The position numbers and the translations under genes are program-made. From a virus: 64,000 nucleotides of DNA. Numbering within the stretch: position 1 is the stretch's first letter; each line of letters starts with the position of its first letter. The stretch lies in the IMG/VR virus record IMGVR_UViG_3300042868_009121, positions 52,145-116,144 of that record. One strand, given 5' to 3'. This document shows positions 9,213 to 19,626 of this stretch, piece by piece. The notes below the pieces were generated by a model. That model worked only from the letters and a program-made list of their open reading frames with translations, had not been told where the DNA came from and did not search any database.

Positions 9213-9214
9213 TA

Positions 9215-9445
9215 TCATAGTTTTTCTATTTCTTGTTTTACTTCTTCTAAATAATCCCAAACCTTTTTATCATAAAAACCTGCAAGTACTAATAGTTCGC
9301 CTATTGCTATTAATGCACATTGTTTAGCTTGTTTCCATGCTTTATATTCTTCAGATATACCTAAAGGCTCATTTATCCAAGCCTCATTAGGTGTTGTTTG
9401 GTAAAACTTATCTACTAATTCTTCTGCTTTTTCTTTTGGTGTCAT
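9215..9445 (-). CDS. Mini-ORF family A (MTPKEKA...EVKQEIEKL)
   Basis: Paralog of 10249-10503. Confidence 0.75.
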   Translation of the reverse strand: MTPKEKAEELVDKFYQTTPNEAWINEPLGISEEYKAWKQAKQCALIAIGELLVLAGFYDKKVWDYLEEVKQEIEKL

Positions 9446-9738
9446 TTATTATAAGTTTCATTGTAGTATTTAAAAAATGTTTGCCAATCTTCTTCAGCAA
9501 TACCTTTTCCTTCAAATCTACCAGCTTGGTGAGCAGCTATCCAGCAATCTTCCATCTGCTCCATCTCCATTAATTTGGCTTGTTCAAATATCTTTTGCCA
9601 CTCGAGAATATGTGGTTCACTTTTCAATAAAGTTTCAAAAAACCATTCTACTGCTGTTTGTTGTTTTGTTATTTGTGTAAATGTACCATACACAGGATAG
9701 CCATTTTCGTCTAGTGGATTGTCTGTTTGTCGTGCCAT
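9442..9738 (-). CDS. Mini-ORF family B (KQQTAV.W...YYNETY)
   Basis: Paralog of 9711-9977. Confidence 0.7.
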   Translation of the reverse strand: MARQTDNPLDENGYPVYGTFTQITKQQTAVEWFFETLLKSEPHILEWQKIFEQAKLMEMEQMEDCWIAAHQAGRFEGKGIAEEDWQTFFKYYNETYNK

Positions 9739-9977
9739 ATTTTATCTTTAAATGTTTTATTATAATAATCTTCAAACGAATCACCATGACCTGTGTCTAA
9801 CAATGCTAACATAGCGTGTTCATAACATGCTTTCATTTGCTCCCTCCCCATTGCTTTGGCTTTTTCAAATAAATACTCAAACAAAAACTGATTAGCCTCA
9901 TACGCATTACCTATTTCTTTAGGAAACTTATTTTGTAATTCTATTAAAATCCAATTAACTGCTGTTTGTTGTTTCAT
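9711..9977 (-). CDS. Mini-ORF family B (MKQQTAV.W...YYNKTF)
   Basis: Paralog of 9442-9738. Confidence 0.7.
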   Translation of the reverse strand: MKQQTAVNWILIELQNKFPKEIGNAYEANQFLFEYLFEKAKAMGREQMKACYEHAMLALLDTGHGDSFEDYYNKTFKDKIWHDKQTIH

Positions 9978-10252
9978 ATATCATATGATTTAGGTGAAGG
10001 TAAGCCACTATAATGACAATCCAAACCATTAATCAACATCTCTGCAATATTCTTATGTTTACGATCTATTTGATCATTTAGATTATCTATTCTAGTACTT
10101 AAATTATCCATGCTATTACTTAAATTATCTACTCTAGCATTTAAATAACCATGTAGAAATCCGTTAATCCAAAATCCTTTATCATTCTTATCACAACCAT
10201 GACATCCTTCCCACTGGGTTTCAGCTAGTTGTTCTATTTCTTTTCGTGTCAT
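9974..10252 (-). CDS. Hypothetical protein (CHGC motif)
   Basis: Likely start MTRKE at 10252 via ATGA overlap; ORF track extends it to 10285. Confidence 0.6.
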   Translation of the reverse strand: MTRKEIEQLAETQWEGCHGCDKNDKGFWINGFLHGYLNARVDNLSNSMDNLSTRIDNLNDQIDRKHKNIAEMLINGLDCHYSGLPSPKSYDI

Positions 10253-10503
10253 AGTTTTTCTATTTCTTGTTTTACCTCTTCCCAATAAGATTTAGCCATT
10301 CTCCAATCACCACTATCAGACATTATCCCCATAGATAGTATTTCATCTACTGCAACTAATGCATATATCTTAGCATGAATAACGGAATTAATTATTTGAA
10401 TTGGAACTACTGTCTGTTCACCACTACTGTCTTCTATACGCTCAGTATGATATACAGTAAGAAACTTACTTACGAGTTGCTCTGCTTTTTCTTTTGGTGT
10501 CAT
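10249..10503 (-). CDS. Mini-ORF family A (MTPKEKA...EVKQEIEKL)
   Basis: Paralog of 9215-9445; 25- and 27-bp identical terminal DNA blocks. Confidence 0.75.
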   Translation of the reverse strand: MTPKEKAEQLVSKFLTVYHTERIEDSSGEQTVVPIQIINSVIHAKIYALVAVDEILSMGIMSDSGDWRMAKSYWEEVKQEIEKL

Positions 10504-11429
10504 TTTACAAATTCGTTTGCGAACATATAATATTTAGGCTTCAAGTGTACTGATTGTTTAGGTTCCATGTATTCAAACATCTTCATTCCATCTTCATCAA
10601 TCCATTCATTTGGCCATTGAAGTGTTTTAAGTCCTGAATTATTCATGATCCTATTTGCTGTATCTACCAATCTTGCTCTTTCTTGTCTTGTGCCAAAATA
10701 AGCTTGTTTTAGATATAAACCTGTACCAGGTAATTTACGACTTTCATGCTCAACTGGTAACAAATTAACTAGAGTTGCATTATTTAGTTTCTTAGCAAAT
10801 TCTACATAACGTCTAATAAGATCTCCTACTGCTTCAGCAGGATTATCTTGCCTCATTAAGTGAAAACGAATATCAATATTACCAAAGTAAAGAACTACTT
10901 CGTCATATTTTTGATTCCACTCTTCAATTAAAGAGTCGGCATCTTTTAAGAATCCAAACAAAGTTTTACCGTCTGTTCTATCAAGACCAAAACCAGGTCT
11001 CCATGCACTAAGCGAATGAGAATCACCTCTTACTAACTTCTTTGTATTATTTGCATGTAGTCTAGCAAAGTCAATACAGTTGATTGCAGTAAACTGATGA
11101 TCAATATTAAATCTTTTATTGAACACATTAAGATCAATAGGAACATTAACTGCAATAGCTAAACCTTTATAATTAGCCATAGCTTCAAGCTTAGCTCTAT
11201 GTTCAGGTTGTGGTCCTCCAATAAAATTGAATACGTTCTCTTGATAGTTAACTCCTTCTAGAATGTAGAGTCTTTCATATTCATTCCATGTTGAAGGATC
11301 TGGATTAACATCTAAATCTCCTGGGTGTTCTGATTTTAGTATGTTCAACATAACATGATAATAGCCGCCGCCGTGATGGCTTTGGCTACTACCAACATTA
11401 TTGAGCATACCTACTACGGCTGCTTTCAT
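10500..11429 (-). CDS. SGNH/GDSL-like hydrolase or acyltransferase
   Basis: GDSH (block I), YFGNID (block III-like), SVH (block V-like). Confidence 0.55.
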   Translation of the reverse strand: MKAAVVGMLNNVGSSQSHHGGGYYHVMLNILKSEHPGDLDVNPDPSTWNEYERLYILEGVNYQENVFNFIGGPQPEHRAKLEAMANYKGLAIAVNVPIDLNVFNKRFNIDHQFTAINCIDFARLHANNTKKLVRGDSHSLSAWRPGFGLDRTDGKTLFGFLKDADSLIEEWNQKYDEVVLYFGNIDIRFHLMRQDNPAEAVGDLIRRYVEFAKKLNNATLVNLLPVEHESRKLPGTGLYLKQAYFGTRQERARLVDTANRIMNNSGLKTLQWPNEWIDEDGMKMFEYMEPKQSVHLKPKYYMFANEFVK

Positions 11430-11449
11430 AACTTATTGTTTTTTAAATA

Positions 11450-13081
11450 TTACATTCCCATAGTCATGTCCATCATAGGATCTGACTTGTCATTTTTTTC
11501 TTTCTTTTCAAATACAACAGATTCAGTTGTCAAAATAGTTCCTGCTACTGATGTTGCATTCTTAAGTGCTGTAATAACAACTTTAGCTGGATCAATGATG
11601 CCTGATTCAAACGCATCTACCATTTTATGATTCTTTGCATCATAAATTTTATTTTTTACTAATTCGCTTGGAATATAATTCCACCAGTCTTCTACACCAG
11701 CATTAGATAAAATCTTAATAAATGGTGCTTGTAAAGCATTGCGAACAATATCTCTAGCGATTGCTACATTGCTATTGCTTTCTGCTCTATGATTAAGTGC
11801 TACTCTATAAAGTGTTGCACCACCACCAGGTACGATACCGTCAGCAAGAGCTGCTTTAGTTGCAAATAATGCATCTTCTACACGATCTTTCTTTTCTCTA
11901 ATCTCAATATCACTATTACCACCTACAGAAATAATTGCAACACCACCAATCAACTTACCAAGTCTTTCTTGCAACTTCTCTTTCTCGTAGAACGATGTAG
12001 CTTTTTCAATTTGCTCTTTTATTTCTTCTGCTCTAACTTCAATCGCTCTCTCATTACCTTTACCATCAATAATAGTAGTCTCTTCTTTAGATACAGTTAC
12101 AAGTCTTGTTGTACCAAGATATTGAGCGAGTTGCTGTGTAGATAATTTATCAAGCTTCAAACCTTTATCTTTAGAAATAACTTGTCCACCTGTCAAGATA
12201 GCAATATCTTCTAAGATTAATGTTTTACGCTCACCAAAGTCTGGTGCTTTAACTGCGCAAACTTGTACAATACCACGCATTTTATTTACAATTAATGTAG
12301 CAAGAGCTTCATCACCAATATCTTCAGCGATAATTAATAAAGGTCTATTCTCTGAATTTGCTTTAGTCAATACTTGTAACAACTCTTGTGCAGTTGAAAT
12401 ACGTCCATCATATAAAAGAATATATGGATTATCAAGCACAGATTGCATTGTTACATTGTTAGTTACAAAGTAAGGTGATTTGTAACCACGATCAAATTGC
12501 ATACCTTCAACAATCTCTAATGTAGTTTCACCAGTTTTAGATTCTTCAATAGTTACTACACCTTCACGACCTACTTTATCAAGTGCTTCAGCAATTAAGT
12601 TACCAACTTCAGGATCATTATTACCTGAGATAGTTGCAACTTGTTTAATTTGCTCTTCTGAAGAAATTTCTGTTGCTAATTCTTTAATTTCTTTTACTAC
12701 TTCATTAACGATATTGTCAATCTCATTCTTAATCTCAACAGCGTTAACGCCTTGACGAATTTCTTTAAGACCTTGTTTAATCATTTCAGTAGCAAGAAGT
12801 GTAGATGTTGTTGTACCATCACCTGCTTCATTTGCAGATTTAATACTAACTTGCTTAACAAGTTGTGCACCAAGATCTTCAATATCATCTTCAAGTTTAT
12901 GAAATGCTTTAGCTACTGTTACACCATCTTTTGTAACTTTAACTTCACCATTTTGTTCACGAATTAATACTGTGCGACCACCAGGACCTAATGTTGATGA
13001 TACTGATTGATTTAACTTTTCTATACCGGAAAGTAACTTTTCTTTAAGCTCTGTTCCAAAAACGTTTTTTGTTGTACTCAT
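11450..13081 (-). CDS. groL: Chaperonin GroEL
   Basis: [34 protein letters not shown], Met/Gly tail. Confidence 0.98.
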   Translation of the reverse strand: MSTTKNVFGTELKEKLLSGIEKLNQSVSSTLGPGGRTVLIREQNGEVKVTKDGVTVAKAFHKLEDDIEDLGAQLVKQVSIKSANEAGDGTTTSTLLATEMIKQGLKEIRQGVNAVEIKNEIDNIVNEVVKEIKELATEISSEEQIKQVATISGNNDPEVGNLIAEALDKVGREGVVTIEESKTGETTLEIVEGMQFDRGYKSPYFVTNNVTMQSVLDNPYILLYDGRISTAQELLQVLTKANSENRPLLIIAEDIGDEALATLIVNKMRGIVQVCAVKAPDFGERKTLILEDIAILTGGQVISKDKGLKLDKLSTQQLAQYLGTTRLVTVSKEETTIIDGKGNERAIEVRAEEIKEQIEKATSFYEKEKLQERLGKLIGGVAIISVGGNSDIEIREKKDRVEDALFATKAALADGIVPGGGATLYRVALNHRAESNSNVAIARDIVRNALQAPFIKILSNAGVEDWWNYIPSELVKNKIYDAKNHKMVDAFESGIIDPAKVVITALKNATSVAGTILTTESVVFEKKEKNDKSDPMMDMTMGM

Positions 13082-13094
13082 AGTCTTTTTTAAT

Positions 13095-13385
13095 TTATTC
13101 GATAACTCCTAAAATATCTGATTCTTTACAGATGAAATAGTCTTGTCCTTCAAATACGATTCTTTGTGAACCAAGTTTAGGGATTAATACTACTTCTCCT
13201 TCTTCAAGAGTCGAGATAACTAGTTTATCTGTGTTGTAATTATAAACATTAGATGTAGCTACTACTTTTCCCATTTCAGGTCTTTCTTTACCAAGATCTG
13301 GAATAATAATGTTACCGAATGTTTCTTCTTCTGTTTCGATTGGCTTTAATACTATATAGCCATTTAGTGGGGTTATTTTATTCAT
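13095..13385 (-). CDS. groS: Co-chaperonin GroES
   Basis: PLNGYIV, GNIIIPD, ESDILG; adjacent to groEL. Confidence 0.93.
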   Translation of the reverse strand: MNKITPLNGYIVLKPIETEEETFGNIIIPDLGKERPEMGKVVATSNVYNYNTDKLVISTLEEGEVVLIPKLGSQRIVFEGQDYFICKESDILGVIE

Positions 13386-13389
13386 ATTG

Positions 13390-13584
13390 CTAATTTAATA
13401 TTTCTAATTCATCTACTTTAATACAAAAATAGAGTAAGGCATCTTTTTTAAAGACTGCATCTACTCCAAACCATATTTTAAAATCATCAAGGTTTTTACC
13501 TTGTACAAACTCTTCTTTTAGAGTTCTTTTGATTTCAAACAAGTCTCCATTAATGTTAATGAAATTTCTGTGTAATTGAAACAT
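13390..13584 (-). CDS. Hypothetical protein in chaperone operon
   Basis: 64-aa ORF between sHSP and GroES. Confidence 0.65.
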   Translation of the reverse strand: MFQLHRNFININGDLFEIKRTLKEEFVQGKNLDDFKIWFGVDAVFKKDALLYFCIKVDELEILN

Positions 13585-13591
13585 AACTGGT

Positions 13592-14119
13592 TGTAGGTAG
13601 GCCTTTTATTTATAACTTATTTTAATTGTTTTTTTGGAGTTGAGATCTCAATCTTCCTTATTGCTTTACCTTCAGCAGTTGGAATGTCTAGAGTAAGAAG
13701 ACCTTTATCTAACTGCGCTTCTAGTTTAGAAAGATCAAACTTAGTACTAATTTTCCAAGTTAAATCAAAGCTAGAACGCTTGATACCTTTATAAATGACT
13801 GCCTCTTCAATTTCTGTTTGAGGCTTTTCATACTTAATACGAAGTTGATCATTATCGATTTGAATATCGATATCTTTTGAATCAAGACCTACAGCGGCTA
13901 CTTCAAATTTAATGCCACTAGGTGTTTCGTAAATGTCTACTGGATGTGTTACTTTCTGCGTAATTGCAGAGAATCGTGAATTGTTTTCGAATAAGTCTCG
14001 CCATAATAAATCAAATGGGTCGAGCTCAAATGGTCTAAATGTTCCCATATTTTTTGTTTTGTGTTCCCTTACGGTGAACGGTTAATAATTGTTTATTTTA
14101 TAACCTTGGCCTACCTACA
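13592..14119. repeat. 12-bp perfect inverted repeat bracketing the sHSP gene
   Basis: TGTAGGTAGGCC at 13592-13603 and GGCCTACCTACA at 14108-14119. Confidence 0.85.
13617..14048 (-). CDS. Small heat-shock protein (Hsp20/alpha-crystallin)
   Basis: PVDIYE, GIKRSSF, AQLDKGLLTL, terminal IEI motif. Confidence 0.93.
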   Translation of the reverse strand: MGTFRPFELDPFDLLWRDLFENNSRFSAITQKVTHPVDIYETPSGIKFEVAAVGLDSKDIDIQIDNDQLRIKYEKPQTEIEEAVIYKGIKRSSFDLTWKISTKFDLSKLEAQLDKGLLTLDIPTAEGKAIRKIEISTPKKQLK

Positions 14120-14177
14120 GTGCCATTTATTATAAATATATACAAATATAAAATAGTGGAAAAATTAATCTTTAGAG

Positions 14178-14501
14178 TTACTTATTTTTCTTGTCATCCT
14201 TTTTAGGAAACTCTCTTATTGGTGCAGTTCTAGGACTTCTTGGTGCTGGTGGTGGAGCCGTTGGCCCAAATGCATTTCTCCTAGGTTGTTGAGGTTGTCT
14301 AGGAACCGGGACATATCTATCTCTATAAATTATAATCGGAGGTTCTCTTCTATAAAAGAAAGGATCTACATAACCTGGTACATAGTAGATCGGATCCCAA
14401 TCATACATTCTTCTTTGTCTATAGTCTATATAACCTGTTGGTTCAGTTATATAACAACTTGATAAAGATACTAAAAATAAAATTATAAGTGCCTTTTTCA
14501 T
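14178..14501 (-). CDS. Proline-rich lipoprotein
   Basis: Lipobox LSSC, Pro-rich body; ATATTTAT at 14506-14513. Confidence 0.7.
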   Translation of the reverse strand: MKKALIILFLVSLSSCYITEPTGYIDYRQRRMYDWDPIYYVPGYVDPFFYRREPPIIIYRDRYVPVPRQPQQPRRNAFGPTAPPPAPRSPRTAPIREFPKKDDKKNK

Positions 14502-14513
14502 ATTAATAAATAT

Positions 14514-16817
14514 TTAGTGTCCATCACGAAGATTGTGTGCCAATGCAGGAGGCGCTTTTAAATCAATACTAAGTTTAGTAGTGTTCTCCATCAAATCCTG
14601 GACGATCCTGGCCGCTTCTTCTGATCTGGCTTGTTCTACCTCAATAACTAACTGGTCATGGATCTGAGCACATACCCAGCCACGTATACCTAGTTCTATG
14701 AACTTTCTATTGATAGCCAATGCTGCACGATTAACTATTGATGCTGCGAGACCTTGGATCTGTACATTACAAGAGTTGTTTAGTCCATTAATATAGTCTC
14801 TACTAAGATTCTTAATTTGATCTACGCCATACTGTCTTTCCATTTCTTTCTTGATATTCCAATCAAGTAAGTCATCACCAATCTTATCGTAAATAGCTTT
14901 TACTTTAGGAAGATGTCGAATACGTCCAACTTGAGTACTAACGTATCCTTTTTCCTTAGCTTGCTTTTTAGATCTTTCCATCCAGTTTTTAAGTTCAGGA
15001 AACCCGTTTAAGTAACCATCAACAAGCTTCTTAGCTTCTTTAGTAGGAATACCAAGAGTCATGCCAAGTGCATAAGCTCCCATACCATAAGGAATACCTA
15101 AAGCATAAGCCTTTGCTTTATTTCTTAACTTAGGTTCAAGTTTACGAAGGAAGTTAGGTGCTTTTTTATCTGGTGAATATTGGTTCAGCTTTTCTGTTTT
15201 AATTGCGATAGTAGAGTAGAAGTCCCAGTTGTTTCTAAAAATATCTTTTAGTCCTTCATCGCCAGATACGTGAGCAAATGTGTGAGGTTCGAGTGATTCA
15301 TAGTCGCAGTCTACAAATATGTTTCCTTCATCATGAATAAAGAATGCTCGAATCAAGTTATTGTATTCAATTACAATTGGTTCATCATCACCTTCTTCTT
15401 TAGGTCTAGGAAGCTGTTGTGCATCAGAACCATAACGGCCTGATACTGTGCCATGTTGTTTATAATAAAAGTAGTATCTGCCATCTTCTTGAGCATCTAA
15501 GAAACGATCCATATAAGTACTCTTAATCTTAAGTAGTCTATTATAAATGCGTAAGTTCTTTGCCCACTCATATTTGCCTGCTATTGATTGAACAGTATCA
15601 TCATCAAATTGAGGTTTACCTGTTTTTGTAGTAGATAAAGGTTTAATACCTAATACACCAAAAGCAATCTCACCAAGTTGATCTTTAGACTGAATATTAA
15701 AATACGCTCCATCATTATCTTCTCTCCATAACTTCATACTAATCTTCATACTAACATCACGATCTAATACAGCAGCATCACCATGAAGTAAAAAGTGTTT
15801 AGCAGAACATTCTGGTAATCTCATCAATGCAGATTTAGTTACGGTATATTTACCTGTTTTAGCAGATTGTTCTAAATCAAACTTCATTTCTTTAACTAGC
15901 TCTTGAGCAAATGTACCTTTGTTATTTGGTGGATATGCATCTTGAGCTTTATATACTACCCATGCTCTAACATCTGGATTCTTAAGTAATTCTTTTGTTA
16001 CTGAATCAGCATACTCTTTTAGCTTTTCTGTAATTTTAGTACGGCTAGACTTTATAAGTTCCATGTCAAGCTTGATACCAACTTGTTCCATAGGAATAGT
16101 AACCTCTTTGTAAAGAGGCATTACTTCATCTTCAAAGAAGAACTTTTCAAGGTTTTCATCTTTAAGTGTTTTAATAAAATGATTATAGACTCTAAGAGTT
16201 AAGTCAGTATCTGCTGATGCATATTCTGAGAGTAGTTCAAGGTCTGCTTTCCATATCTCATAATTCTCACGTGTTATCTGACCTCCATTTCTTTTTATCG
16301 ATTCTTTAAGAGCGACTTGCTCTTCGTTAGCGGCTTTTTCTACATCTAGACCAATATCTTTTTGAATCATCTTAGCAATATCTTTAAGACCAAATGCAGA
16401 ACCTCCCATAAAACCAGCACCTTCTTCTTTTACAGTATGAACAAGAAGCATTGTATCTACATAAAGACTTGATAATAAATCTACATTATAAAAACACTTA
16501 ACGAATTTAACGTCAAATGATGCGTTATGCATGATTAGTTTTTTACCAACAAGTAAAGAGATTGTTTTCTTTGCAAGATCATGCGCTAGTTTACCTTCAA
16601 TAACAGCATCTTGAAGCTCATCATCTTTGAATATCATGGTTGGCATATAGTATCCTTTACCAACTTCACCAGAGACAGAAAAACCAATGATCTTACCTTT
16701 ACGAGGATTAAGACTATTGGTCTCAGTATCAAATGCAATTATTTCACACGACTTTATATGTTCGATAAGATCTTTAAGTTTATCTATCGAATCAACTGTA
16801 ACATAACTTTTATTCAT
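14514..16817 (-). CDS. polA: Family A DNA polymerase (3'-5' exonuclease + polymerase)
   Basis: DTET ExoI, HNASFD ExoII, YASAD ExoIII; motif A DYESLE, motif B RNKAKAYALGIPYG, motif C IHDQ. Confidence 0.95.
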   Translation of the reverse strand: MNKSYVTVDSIDKLKDLIEHIKSCEIIAFDTETNSLNPRKGKIIGFSVSGEVGKGYYMPTMIFKDDELQDAVIEGKLAHDLAKKTISLLVGKKLIMHNASFDVKFVKCFYNVDLLSSLYVDTMLLVHTVKEEGAGFMGGSAFGLKDIAKMIQKDIGLDVEKAANEEQVALKESIKRNGGQITRENYEIWKADLELLSEYASADTDLTLRVYNHFIKTLKDENLEKFFFEDEVMPLYKEVTIPMEQVGIKLDMELIKSSRTKITEKLKEYADSVTKELLKNPDVRAWVVYKAQDAYPPNNKGTFAQELVKEMKFDLEQSAKTGKYTVTKSALMRLPECSAKHFLLHGDAAVLDRDVSMKISMKLWREDNDGAYFNIQSKDQLGEIAFGVLGIKPLSTTKTGKPQFDDDTVQSIAGKYEWAKNLRIYNRLLKIKSTYMDRFLDAQEDGRYYFYYKQHGTVSGRYGSDAQQLPRPKEEGDDEPIVIEYNNLIRAFFIHDEGNIFVDCDYESLEPHTFAHVSGDEGLKDIFRNNWDFYSTIAIKTEKLNQYSPDKKAPNFLRKLEPKLRNKAKAYALGIPYGMGAYALGMTLGIPTKEAKKLVDGYLNGFPELKNWMERSKKQAKEKGYVSTQVGRIRHLPKVKAIYDKIGDDLLDWNIKKEMERQYGVDQIKNLSRDYINGLNNSCNVQIQGLAASIVNRAALAINRKFIELGIRGWVCAQIHDQLVIEVEQARSEEAARIVQDLMENTTKLSIDLKAPPALAHNLRDGH

Positions 16818-16823
16818 AACTAT

Positions 16824-17018
16824 TTATTGTTGGTTTTCGTCTTTCTTTTTATAAGGAAACAATTCATTTAGCTTTTCTCTGCGTCTATTACATCCGCAGT
16901 CTTCTTCACCCATAGCATTAGCAACTTTTTCTGCTAATACATCTAGTTTAAGAGCGTGAGTAACTTTAGCAATAGTATCTCCTAAGCCTTTCGATTCTTC
17001 ATTTGTCTTGTTTTCCAT
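16824..17018 (-). CDS. Conserved-looking phage hypothetical (GLGDT...CGC..R...LN)
   Basis: Motif pattern seen in many phage small proteins. Confidence 0.7.
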   Translation of the reverse strand: MENKTNEESKGLGDTIAKVTHALKLDVLAEKVANAMGEEDCGCNRRREKLNELFPYKKKDENQQ

Positions 17019-17202
17019 CTAGATCTTTTTTTATTTTATCTAACATGCCTCCAGCAGACATAGCTAATATACCAATTTGTGACCAAACGTCTTCTAATTC
17101 TCTTTTTAGTTTAGCCATTTTTCTCCACTGAATTACTTGAATAAGCATTAAAATTAAAGTAACAGTTAAATATAAGTATTCTGAAGTTATCGTAACCGTC
17201 AT
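16999..17202 (-). CDS. Small membrane protein
   Basis: Single TM helix; TATATTTG upstream. Confidence 0.6.
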   Translation of the reverse strand: MTVTITSEYLYLTVTLILMLIQVIQWRKMAKLKRELEDVWSQIGILAMSAGGMLDKIKKDLDGKQDK

Positions 17203-17204
17203 AT

Positions 17205-19248
<2,044 letters not shown>

Positions 19249-19290
19249 TTTAGTTTTTGTTTTATATAAGTTTAAAAAATAGTTTAGCCT

Positions 19291-19314
19291 CTAGAAGGTA
19301 TCTTTTCCTTCTAG
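19291..19314 (-). promoter_or_regulatory. Hairpin in nrdJ leader
   Basis: CTAGAAGG-N8-CCTTCTAG inverted repeat. Confidence 0.4.
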
Positions 19315-19361
19315 TCTAGTCATAACCTAATTAATTTAAGATCTGTTGTGTTTTGAACTAA

Positions 19362-19583
19362 TTACTTAGCTCCTGGAAGTACTGAATTGCCTGATGTATT
19401 TTGCGTAGGCGTTGGCTTAGTCTTCTGAATCTTATTGATCGTATTAGTATTCAATTTGCTAGCTTGGTTAGGGTTAACCGAGTTAAGCTGTGCAATTTGG
19501 TCATTATACTTAATAGGAGACGCTGTAGGTCTGAAATTATCTCCTTTAATTGCTTTTCTAAATAAATCGATCAAAAAATTCAT
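19362..19583 (-). CDS. Hypothetical protein
   Basis: 73-aa ORF with ATATTTAT at 19602-19609. Confidence 0.6.
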   Translation of the reverse strand: MNFLIDLFRKAIKGDNFRPTASPIKYNDQIAQLNSVNPNQASKLNTNTINKIQKTKPTPTQNTSGNSVLPGAK

Positions 19584-19626
19584 AGTAGTCTATTTTCTTT
19601 AATAAATATAACCTTTTTGGGTTAAT

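Noticed and set aside
8397-9214. Group I intron harbouring the HNH gene
   Set aside because: The flanking genes appear complete, the non-coding flanks are too short, and no intron core was recognised
14178-14501. o-spanin call for the Pro-rich lipoprotein
   Set aside because: No adjacent i-spanin, holin or endolysin, so it is left as a lipoprotein of unknown function
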